Origin: the human T2T-CHM13v2.0 reference genome, Homo sapiens
DNA: 64,000 bases
Reading direction: 5' to 3' (one strand)
Assembly: GCF_009914755.1 (NCBI RefSeq)
Contig: NC_060941.1
The translations under genes and the position numbers were made by a program. A model generated the notes under the pieces. The model did no database searches. It saw only the letters and a list, made by a program, of their open reading frames with translations, and was not told where the DNA came from. Shown here in pieces: positions 16,917 through 27,050 of this stretch. Each line of letters begins with the position of its first letter. Position 1 is the first letter of the stretch.

Positions 16917-19900
16917 CTATTAAAGTATTATTTAATATAGTATTGTAGAATATACATTAAATACATTATGTTACATGTATTATAATGTAACACATTATAA
17001 TATATTAAAGACATTATTACGTTAATACAGCACTTAGTATAGTATTACTTAATACATTAAAATGGTAACTAAGCTTGACGAATCCCTGAGCAAAGCCAGT
17101 TAGACCTCATAAGCAACCTCTCAACCTTGCTTGCTTTGCAAACATAAACAAAACTTCAGGTATTTTTTGTAAATGCCTATATGAAAGAAAAACAGAACTT
17201 TCTTTTTCTTTCCAAATAGGAGTGTTTACTATAGTTTTCCTGTTCCTGTATCACATTACACACTGTGTGTGGGAGAGCAGAGAGATTTAACTTACAAGTT
17301 TTAGATCAAGAGAGCATAACCAGATCCCAGGTTAAGACTTAACACTACAGAATACTCATATTAGTAATACTTGTCTTATAAAAAGATATACTCTTCACTG
17401 TAATTGCTGCAAACAATACTGTAAAATAATATGCAGTGTGTTTGTGAAAGGTCAATAACATGCTTATATTTTTGCTGTTGAAAAACTACACAAAAGCAAA
17501 TGACTAGAACAGTAGATCAATTAGTATCAGTAGAATTATACCATCAAACATTCCACTGAGCTTGAATGTAAGATCTGACATAACCAGATAATTCCATGGC
17601 AGGGCAATAAACTGCATTTACATTCTCTTTCTAACAATTAGTGCAAGCATATCCAGATAATCTATATTGATTCTACATTATCTTAGAGTGAAATCACCTA
17701 ATAACTTCTTCAGTAGTCTTTCTTTTAATTTTTATCCTAATTATCCGTCTGAAAATGATCTTTTAAATTGGGAAAACTCTGATTACCTTACATCCTTCAG
17801 TTCAGAGTAGCATTGGGTAAAGACATTTTGGCTGCAGACAAATCACTCTTTCATAGTCATCAGCTTTCAGAACATTCTAAGGCTTCATTTTCCATCTAAA
17901 CTTTTCAGTTAATTTGACTCTAACTTTTAATTGATGTTACTGAGCAGCAAAGGAGCCTGAAGGACACTGCTTTGTTTTGAAAAATGAAGAAAGAAAGGAA
18001 TGTAAATCCTGTAAATGTAATTCTAATGAAATCAAGATACAATATAGTGTTTATAAAATGAAATACAATTATTTCTAATAACTGTACTTTCATTTCAAAT
18101 AATTTTCAACAAGTTAGTGACGTAGAATAAATACAATTCCAGAAGAATCCAGGATTTTTTTTCTATTGCATTGCTTTTTATTAAATTATAGCTACTTGAA
18201 GGCTTTGAAAAATTGAACACCAGTAAAACTGCCCTTCTTTTGTTAATATGTTTTGTTTTCTTGTTTCATTTTTAATTCAACTAGTCATTCACCAGAAAAA
18301 ATTTACTCAGGTAAACTTTTTTGATTATCCTTTCATAGCATTTAACGCAAGTGTTATTTGTTGTAGTCTTTTGTCTATGAATCTATTAATGCTAAGAAAC
18401 TGAACATTCCTAGGAGTGTCCTAATAAGAAAGAAAAATTAACAATTTCAGCTGTATTTTTACTTAAATAAATATTCATATAGTTTACCTTTCAGGATCAC
18501 AACAAACACTTTGATTATATAAGAAGGTCTTTGTATATACATCAGACTACCAAGAAGTCATATCTGATTTTGTGCTTTTCTACTACTCTTCCCCCAAACA
18601 CTTGTTCAAAAAGTTTACTTTTAAAGGGTCTGAACTGTGTGTCAAGCACTGACATCAGCATGTTACCTGAATTAACTCATTAAACTCTTGTGATACTCAT
18701 GTGGTATTAGCAGTGAAGAAACTGAAGCACAGAAGCTTCAAGTAAAATGTCCGGTTTTAGAGCAACTGAACAGTAGAGTATGGAAGCCCAGTTACTGACC
18801 TTGTACCATTGCCCAGTACTGTGAACTGACCTAAAAAGGCCTATGAGATATCAACCCATTAAGATCCATGACATAAAGAAAATTGTTTGTCCTACAATAT
18901 CCCAATCTGGATGAAGGCACATAAAGAGAATATGCTTAAGCATGATGACAAAAAAATAAGAAAGAACTGTGAATGCACTTTACAAAACAGAAAAGAACAC
19001 AAGGGACTTTGGAACCAAGTTGAAAATTAAATATGTTCATGTGCACATAACAAAAGAGTGATCATAAATAAACTGTGTCAACACTGTACTATGAAGGTGA
19101 AACTTCCTTTTTAGGATTAGCTAAACCTTGTATAACTTGTAAAAAAATGCAACCACATATGTTGATGTACTAAACCCAGTGTTTTCTTTTGGCTTATATA
19201 CCAAAAACAGGAATTCCTTCCTGTAATGAAGAAAAAACACAGGCATCAAGGAGTAACAAAATTAATGTCTTAGAATGTAAAATATAGAAACACCAATTAA
19301 GGCTCTTTTTTTTTTTTTTACATAATACATGTGAAAACTGCATCAGAATTTACAAAAAATCTACAGCGTAATTTGTTCTGGCAATAACCAATCACATTCT
19401 GCTGGAGGTAACTTTAGTAACGTCAAGCAAAAGTCTTAAAATTATGACAGGTGGCATTCATTTAAAATACTCTCAAGAGCTCTTAGAAATCAAGAACACA
19501 GGAGCTGCGGCGGTGGCGGTGCAGGAGGCCGGGCAGGGGTGCGGAGGGACCGACGGACGCACGGGCGGGCGGCCGGGAGCCATGGAGCGCGGCCCTGGGG
19601 CCCGGGGGCGCGGGCCGGGGTGGGCTTCCCACGGCACGACATGGAGACCTGTGGTTGCGAGGCTCCCTGGGGCTCGGCTTGGACCGCGATGGGGCTGGGC
19701 CCTGGCCTCCTAACGGGGCTGCTGTCTGGGGCGGTAGCTGCGGGGGCGCTCTCCCCTCTGCCCGCGACTCGGAGCACCCCCACCCCTCCCCTGCCGGGCC
19801 AGGCCGGGCGGCGTTGTTGGCGGGGGCCCCGGTGGAGGCCCGGCCCAGGCGGCGCCCGCCATGAACGGGCTGTCGTTGAGTGAGCTCTGCTGCCTCTTCT

Positions 19901-20338
19901 GCTGCCCGCCCTGCCCCGGCCGCATCGCTGCCAAGCTCGCCTTCCTGCCGCCGGAGGCCACCTACACCCTGGTGCCTGAGCCCAAGCCGGGGCCTGGTGG
20001 GGCCGGGACCGCCCCCTTGGGGACCCTGCGGGCCTCCTCGGGCGCACCGCACCCGGGCGCAGGAAGCTGCACCTGACGGAGCATACCGACTTCCAGTACA
20101 GCCAGCGCGAGCTGGACACCATCGAGGTCTTCCCCACCAAGAGCGCCAGCGGCAACCGCGTCTCCTGCATGTATGTTCGCTGCGTGCCTGGTGCCAGCTT
20201 CTACATTGGCCTGGGCTCCCGCCTCCACTGCAACATCTTCTCCTACGACTACTCCGGCTACGATGCCAGCTCGGGCAGGCCTTCCGAGAGGAACCTCTAT
20301 GCCGACATCGACGCCGCCTGGCAGGCCCTGCGCACCAG

Positions 20339-22570
20339 GTGAGGGCGACCCTGGGGGCAGCTCAGCCTGGGCACACCCAAGAGGGGACCAGGCCGGGGGC
20401 CGGGGGGCGGGCTTCCCTGGGAGGAAGGTGGGCGGCCCTGCAGGAGGGGAGCCACAGTGGATACACAGGGCCAGAGAGCGGGACAGGCGAGCTTGGGTGT
20501 GCAGGTGCCTCCTCCACATGGCTGAGGTGTGGCCAGGCGGTCCTCCCACACCCTGGCCTGTGGAGCCAGGCTCCCTGGGAACCCCTGGCCTGAGGATGGG
20601 AAGGGGCTGAGCTTGTCACAGGGGCGTGGATGCCACCCGGCGGGAGGGAGTGGGTGGTCGTCTGGGGGTCTGTGCACGTGTGGCTGGGAGCCCATCGGCC
20701 GAGGCAGCACTTGGGGCCAAGTGAGGCGAGGCTGCTGCATCCAGGTCCGGAGGCCTGGCCCATGAGGCCCTGTGGCTACGGAGCTTGGCCATCCTGGGGC
20801 AGGGCCTACAGGGTAAGGTGCAGACTCGCAGCACACATCCGAGGTCTGGGCCAGCCTCGATTCCAGATCCAGCCCTCCTAGTCATCCACGTCCCCAGCCC
20901 TGCGCTTGCCTGGGCCCTTCACCGGTGTTTGAGCACCGCCCGGGCCAGTGCTGCTTTGGACGAGGAGACCCAGGTGGGCCTCTGGTGGCTTTTCCTGCTC
21001 GCCATCCACTGGGGCTGTCTCGTCCTGGCCCAGCCCAGCCCACTGGTCTGACCTGCTCCCGCAGGGACCAGGCACAGCTCTGAGAAGTCAGAGGCCCTAG
21101 GGAGGTGGGGTCATCGTTGCCTTGGTGATATGCAGGCAGTCCCTGCTGTGGGCCTGGGAGCTGGTCCCCTGGCACCACCCTGGCTCTGGGGGCCTCCCAG
21201 CAGTGTGGGACGCTGACACCAATCACCACTTCATGCGACTTCCTTGGCCCCTCCTGTCTCTACTGCCTGGGCCACTGGCAGAGTCACACCTGCCATGGCC
21301 ACCTCTGAGCTCTGTCTGCTCGGCCATCTGTCCTGCTGCCACTTTGTCCTGCAGGAACCTAGGCCCAGAGCTGTGAGGGGGAGGCCAGAGCGTGCCCAGG
21401 GCCTCCACTGGGGATGTGTCCTGTTCGTTTGAGTGGTGACATCCAGGTGGCAGCTGGGGGCTCCTGCCTGTAGCAGGTGACAGGGCTGGGCTGGCTCAGC
21501 ACACTACTGACCATGGCTGCCAGGGAGCAGGCCAGGGAGGCTGAGGCAGAGCTGGAACCACAGGCACAAGCCAGGCAGCATCCTTTGGGGCATGGGTGAG
21601 TGGCGAGCTGTGGAGTGCTGCCAGGAGGCTGGGATTCCAGGCCAGGGACGGGGACAGCCCTGCTGGTGGAGTCCAAATGCCAGGCAGAGGGGATGCACAC
21701 CTGCCCATGCTCCTGCCTTGCAAGAGGGCATCTGCCTGGGATCAGAGCCTAGAGCCTGTGGGAGGAGAGTTGTGGGGTCCCGGCATGGGCAGGGTGGCAG
21801 GTGGGTCCCGCGTGGTTGGGACTGGGCACGAGGAGGCCTTGTAACTGGTGCTGGATCAGCTGGGTCAGGGGCCACACACCAATGACCTGGGGATGGGGGT
21901 GGCCCTGGGTGGGAGCTGGTGGTGCTGAGGTGGCTGAGGACCTGTCCACTCCCAAGGGAAGGTGCTGGTGGGAGGACCACCTCCGCAGCCACCACCCTCG
22001 ATGCTGACCTGGGTTGCACTGGCATCTCATTGGGCGTGGGGACTCCGAGAGTCCAAAATTGGGTGGAGACATTTGGGGACACAGCTGCCTGAATTCCTCA
22101 TGGCCAAGGGGGTGGGCAAGGGCTGCAGGGAGGAAGTGTCCGCTGTCCTGGCCAGTGCACCAGGAACGGCTTTCTAACCCGGGCAGGAAGGCGTGAAGCA
22201 TTCAGGATGTGGGGGCCACACAGTTCCCAGTGTGCACCTAGGGGTGACCAGGAGGAGGAAAGGCGCCAGGGCCTCCCCTACCCCCGCCCCAGGGGCACTC
22301 CGTAGGCGAGATCCCTGCAGATCCTAGCTAGGAAACGCCAGTGAACGGCAGCGCAGGGAACGGGGCGGGGCCGCTGGCTTCGCCCACCGCCGCGGTGTTG
22401 GGGGCTGGGGGTGGCCCTCGGGACTGGTGTGGAGCCTGGGCCTGACCCACTGACTTGGCTGAGTGGGGAGACTGGAGGGTCGCATCCGGAGCTGGGCCCG
22501 GGGACGCCCGCTGGTGGGAAGGGTGTGCGCGCGTCGGAGGCCGCGGCTGACCCTGCTCCGGCGCTGCCAG
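20339..22570 (+). other. Retained 2232-bp ABHD17A intron inside the retrocopy
   Basis: ACCAG|GTGAGG donor and CTGCCAG|GTAC acceptor split the codon in QALRTR/YGISP. Confidence 0.93.
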
Positions 22571-22750
22571 GTACGGCATCAGCCCGGACAGCATCATCCT
22601 GTACCGGCAGAGCATCGGCACGGTGCCCACCGTGGACCTGGCCTCGCGCTACGAGTGTGCCGCGGTGGTGCTGCACTCGCCGCTCACCTCGGGCATGCGC
22701 GTCGCCTTCCCTGACACCAAGACGACCTACTGCTTCGACGCCTTCCCTAA

Positions 22751-22849
22751 GTGAGCGGCCCGGGCGGGGACGGAGGCGGGGCGGGGACGGAGGCGGGGCG
22801 GGGCCCGGGCCGGGCGCTAAGTCTCACCCGCTCCACGCCCCTCCCGCAG
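22751..22849 (+). other. Retained 99-bp last ABHD17A intron with 2.5 copies of a 17-bp G-rich repeat
   Basis: CCTAA|GTGAGC ... CCCGCAG|C splits DAFPN/IEKV; gggcggggacggaggcg at 22762-22778 and 22779-22795. Confidence 0.93.
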
Positions 22850-23321
22850 CATCGAGAAGGTGTCCTAGATCACGTCGCCCGTGCTCATCATCCACGGCAC
22901 GGAGGACGAGGTGATCGACTTCTCGCACGGGCTGGCGCTCTACGAGCGCTGCCCCAAGGCGGTGGAGCCGCTGTGGGTGGAGGGCGCCGGGCACAACGAC
23001 ATCGAGCTCTACAGCCAGTACCTGGAGCGCCTGCGTCGCTTCATCTCCCAGGAGCTGCCCAGCCAGCGCGCCTAGCGGCGGCCCCAACCGGCCGGACCTC
23101 AGCAATAAGGCGGCCCCCGGACCTCACCCCGCGCCGGCCCCCCAGGGGCTGCATGTGGACCCCCCGGGCGGCCCGGGGGACCCCGCCCCGACCCAGGGGC
23201 TGTGGACGATGTACAGGCAACAGAGCTACGCACTCCTTTCCTTTTGGAAGCAAGAAGAAAATACGTGAAAACGGAAATTAAAGATTTAAAATTAAAAAAA
23301 AAAAAAGAAATCAAGAACACA

Positions 23322-23520
23322 ATATCTGGACCCTTGATTTGAATCCACAATCAGTGTCTTTCTAACTGGGAAATTTTGGACAAAGTTTTAAACTTTCCTG
23401 AACATAAAATGCCTAGCTAGCAATAACTTTAGAAAATACTAGGAGTTTGTAAAGTTACAAGAATCAAATGAGTTAATAAATGTAATGTAAAGTAATAACT
23501 GGCACAAAATAATTATAACA
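23322..23520 (+). mobile_element. Degenerate MIR next to the retrocopy insertion site
   Basis: TTTGAATCC.., AAATGAGTTAATAAATGTAA, CTGGCACA resemble the MIR core. Confidence 0.5.
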
Positions 23521-25234
23521 TAATTCATTATTATTTTTTAATATCTAAATTCTCTAGCTTATAGTTATTTTGAACAGATAAATATATACAATTAAAATTT
23601 CTAATATGTGTTTTTGATTACTTATCATGTAGAAAAATATAGTTTTCCAGATGAAAATATAGTATCTAATGTAGAAGTCACAAATAATATTTATTAAACT
23701 GGAATGATATCATTTTAAATTATTTTGGAGCTCATTAAAGTAAGTCTGCACTGGCCAACTTTTTATTTATTAATTAAATTTTTGCCTAGCACAGTTAATC
23801 TCCTTTTCTAAGACTTAATTCCCAAATCTATAGTCTTTCTTTTCCCATTTGGAGATGAGTGGGAGTACTATTCCTTTCTTGCCCATCCCTTTCTCTATTT
23901 TCATTATAATAACCAATATGCCCTTGCCTAAGCATATGCCCCCAGTTAAAAATACAGATTCACTGTACTGTTTCACCAAATTTAACCTGTTATTTCTGGA
24001 AATAGGGTGTTTAAAAATGGGTTTGTTATTTCTTAATACATGCCAAATGTCATCAGTATATCGTGGTCCAGATGTATTCTAAATACCAATTGAAAAACAT
24101 TCGTAAAGCTAAGAACACACAACATATTTCACTGAGTGAACAACTGTGAGAAGCCTGGGGATTGTAGGCATTCTTGGAAAACTATTATTTTTTTTTGCAT
24201 GTGTGTTACAAGCATTTGCATAGGTTATATGTTTTATAGCTCTAGTTATAAAAATAGAGAATAAATTACATTCCCTCACATCTGTACAAAATAGCAAGAA
24301 TACACATCTACAGAAGTTTAAAGTATTTACTTTTTTTAGTTAATACGTTTCAGAACCTTAAAGAGAGCAAATCATAATACCCATTGATTATAATGTCACA
24401 TTTTAGTTATTACATTATTACATTTACTTATTATAACTTTTAGAATTTTAGGAGGAAAACAATAATTTTGAGTGTGAAATTTGAATATTTGCACCCTAAA
24501 AATTTCCAATTCCGTTTTCAATAATTTAGTAGAATGTTTCTTAGAGAAATAAGAAGACAATTAAAAACATGAAGTACTAGGTTTTCAAGTATATTGCAAA
24601 GCCATAAATAATATATAATCTATCAGTGGTACAATAATTAATATATTTTTTCAATTATATTAAGTTGTAAGAACTCAATGCTCCTAAAATTTTTAAATAA
24701 TACTATATAAAATCAACTCAAATGATATCAGCTCAAATTCATGCATGCATCTTTGCAGCTAAAGTCCTTTAAAATTAAAAATAATTTAAAATTTTGTCAT
24801 ATTTATGAACCCATTTTAAAGAACATAACATGTCATACAAATGTTAATTTAATACATAATGCATTAGTAAAAACTGTTCTGTATACATATGTTTATGTTA
24901 GAAAACTATTTTTAAACAGCAATTAGATTCTATTGTTTCATCAAATTACTAAATCACAACATTGCTAAACTCAATTTTTACTCTCCTAAACATATTGGAA
25001 TCTATGAGAATATACAGTAGAGATAATAATTTGAATAGAATTTAACTTATATGTTTTAGCAAAGAAATAAAAACTGGAATATTATGGGTTTCTAACATGC
25101 CTATTTGTTTGTTAGTTGTCTTTTTAAAAATTTCTTTATAGAAGCATTTTGAGTGAAGCCCACAGATTATTTAATAACTTATTAGTTATTCAAAAAAGTC
25201 TGTCCTTGTTGGCAATGTGGAAAACACCATAGAG

Positions 25235-25607
25235 CAGGGGTCGCCCACCCCAGGAGCTGCAGACCAGTTACCTGCTCATGGCCTGTTAGGAACTGGGCCT
25301 CACAGCAGGTGGTGACCTGCGGGACAGGTAATGCTGGGTGGCATTACCACCTGAGCTCCGCCTCCTGTCAGAACTCAGAGCGGCATTAGATTCTCATAGG
25401 ACCAGGAACCCTACTGTTAACTGCGCATGTGAGGAATATATGTTGCACACTCCTTATGAGAATCTAATAACTAATGCCTGATGATGTAAAGTGGAAGAGT
25501 TTCACATACCCCCATCCCCACAACCCACTCACCCAGCCATCCCTGGTCTGTGAAAAATTTTCTTCCACAAAACTGGTCCCTGGTGCCAAAAAGTTTGGGG
25601 AATGCTG
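25235..25607 (+). mobile_element. MER1B hAT-Charlie DNA transposon
   Basis: CAGGGGTC..GGCCTGTTAGGAACTGGGCC..GCATTAGATTCTCATAGG..GGTCCCTGGTGCCAAAAAG..GGGGAATGCTG. Confidence 0.88.
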
Positions 25608-25816
25608 TGTTAAGGTGAAAAAGGGTACATGTGGTAATTGTAAAAAAAAAAAAGTTCGATAAATATAGGAAAAAACTCTAACATCATATGTATATGTGGA
25701 CATATATACTTACATATACATGATTTTCTGATTTGAAGAATGTATAAAAAATGAGAAAATGACATTGAAAACCTTTTTAAGGATCATTCATAGTTAAATA
25801 TACTCTCGCTCTCTCT

Positions 25817-26128
25817 ATATGTATATATAATATATATAATATATAATATATGGTATATATTTATTATATACATATAATATATGGTATATATTTATTATAT
25901 ACATATAATATATAATATAGTATATATTATATACATATATGTATATAAGTATATATTATATATTTATATACATATATTATATATTTCATATAACATATAT
26001 TTATATATGTATATATTATATATAATTATATATTTATATATGTATATATTATATATAATTATATATTCATATATGTATATATAATATATAATACATATTT
26101 TATATATATTATATATATACATTTTATA
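25817..26128. repeat. Degenerate (TA)n expansion, followed by a reverse Alu left-arm fragment (26129-26232)
   Basis: About 310 bp made almost entirely of A/T dinucleotide repeats. Confidence 0.9.
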
Positions 26129-26901
26129 TAGACAGGGTCTCACTATGTTGCTCAGGCTCACTCTAGCTCAAGTGATCCAGTCTTGGCCTCCCAAAGTGCT
26201 GGGATTACGGGCATAAGCCACTGTGCCTGGCCCATAGTTAAATATCTTAAGTCAAAACTGATCATTCTACTTCCTTTCTCTTCCTCGCTTCATTCTTGAA
26301 AGGAATTCAACACTGAAAAAGAGGTGGAGACTTAACTGAGTCATTCACAAATAAGAACTTTAGAAAAGTGAAAAAACATAGTTATATAAATCATTTCCAA
26401 TGATTTGTTCATCTTTAAAACATAGGCCAATATTTCTACTTTACCCAACTTTACTCAGCTGTAGGATGCAGTCCAGAAACATCTTAGTGTAAGAGTATTT
26501 TTTCATAAAATGTAAGATAATTTATTTAAATTGAATGGCTGATCAACCATAAGAATTCCACTGTAAAGTAACCAAAGAAGTACAATTCTTACAAAACAAT
26601 CATGAAATACTTTTAAGAATTAAAGAAAAAGTAATCACTTTTCACCAAGAATCAAACTTTTAGTTGGCATAGCATAAAATAATTTCTCACACTGGCAAAA
26701 GAAAAACCTCCAGAAACCTGCAGGCAAATGTCCTCTCCCCACTCCCACTCCTAAAGAAAATACGGGCTGAACCGAGGCACCATGATCTCTCTTGCCTCTT
26801 GGATTTGCTCTCTGTACCACAAAGCTGTCTTCTAGTCTAATCCCACTCATAAAGCTGAGCAAATGGCATACCAAGAAATGGCATACCAAGACAGAGGATC
26901 T

Positions 26902-27050
26902 AACATGTGTTTGACCTTTCTGAAGCATCTCAAGTCCCTGGATTCCACCTCCTGTTCTCCGTATTTTCAAACATGTTCTCGAACATGGGTTTGACCTTTC
27001 CGAAGTATCGCTAGTCCCTGGATTCCACCTCCTATTCTATATATTTTGTA
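26902..27050. repeat. Two diverged copies of an 80-bp unit, preceded by a perfect 15-bp duplication (26861-26890)
   Basis: aacatg.gtttgacctttc.gaag.atc...agtccctggattccacctcct.ttct starts at 26902 and 26982; aaatggcataccaag twice. Confidence 0.85.

Larger units (their letters stand above)
19501..23305 (+). pseudogene. ABHD17A: Semi-processed retrocopy (pseudogene) of the depalmitoylase gene ABHD17A/FAM108A1; possibly ABHD17AP6
   Basis: ATG 19861 gives [28 protein letters not shown]...; C-terminus ...[43 protein letters not shown] ends at 23075; ATTAAA 23277-23282; poly-A 23294-23305; 16-bp TSD agaaatcaagaacaca at 19485-19500 and 23306-23321. Lesions against the recalled parent: 5-bp duplication gcacc at 20044-20053 (frameshift), GQSIG to RQSIG at 22605, AAG to TAG at 22866. 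Confidence 0.97.

Noticed and set aside
17697-17900. Two adjacent minus-strand exon-like segments
   Set aside because: The implied intron is only about 39 nt and the upstream segment has stops in all frames.
19501-23305. Functional ABHD17A gene or DNA-level gene duplicate (it has introns)
   Set aside because: TSD and poly-A show retrotransposition; a frameshift, an in-frame stop and a mutated GxSxG motif preclude an active enzyme.
19444-23350. Dozens of overlapping 60-237 aa ORFs on both strands
   Set aside because: Expected from very GC-rich, stop-poor sequence; they are alternative frames of the retrocopy and its introns.
26861-27050. CRISPR-like or functional repeat array
   Set aside because: Just two-copy local tandem duplications with no repeat-spacer structure, in eukaryotic DNA.
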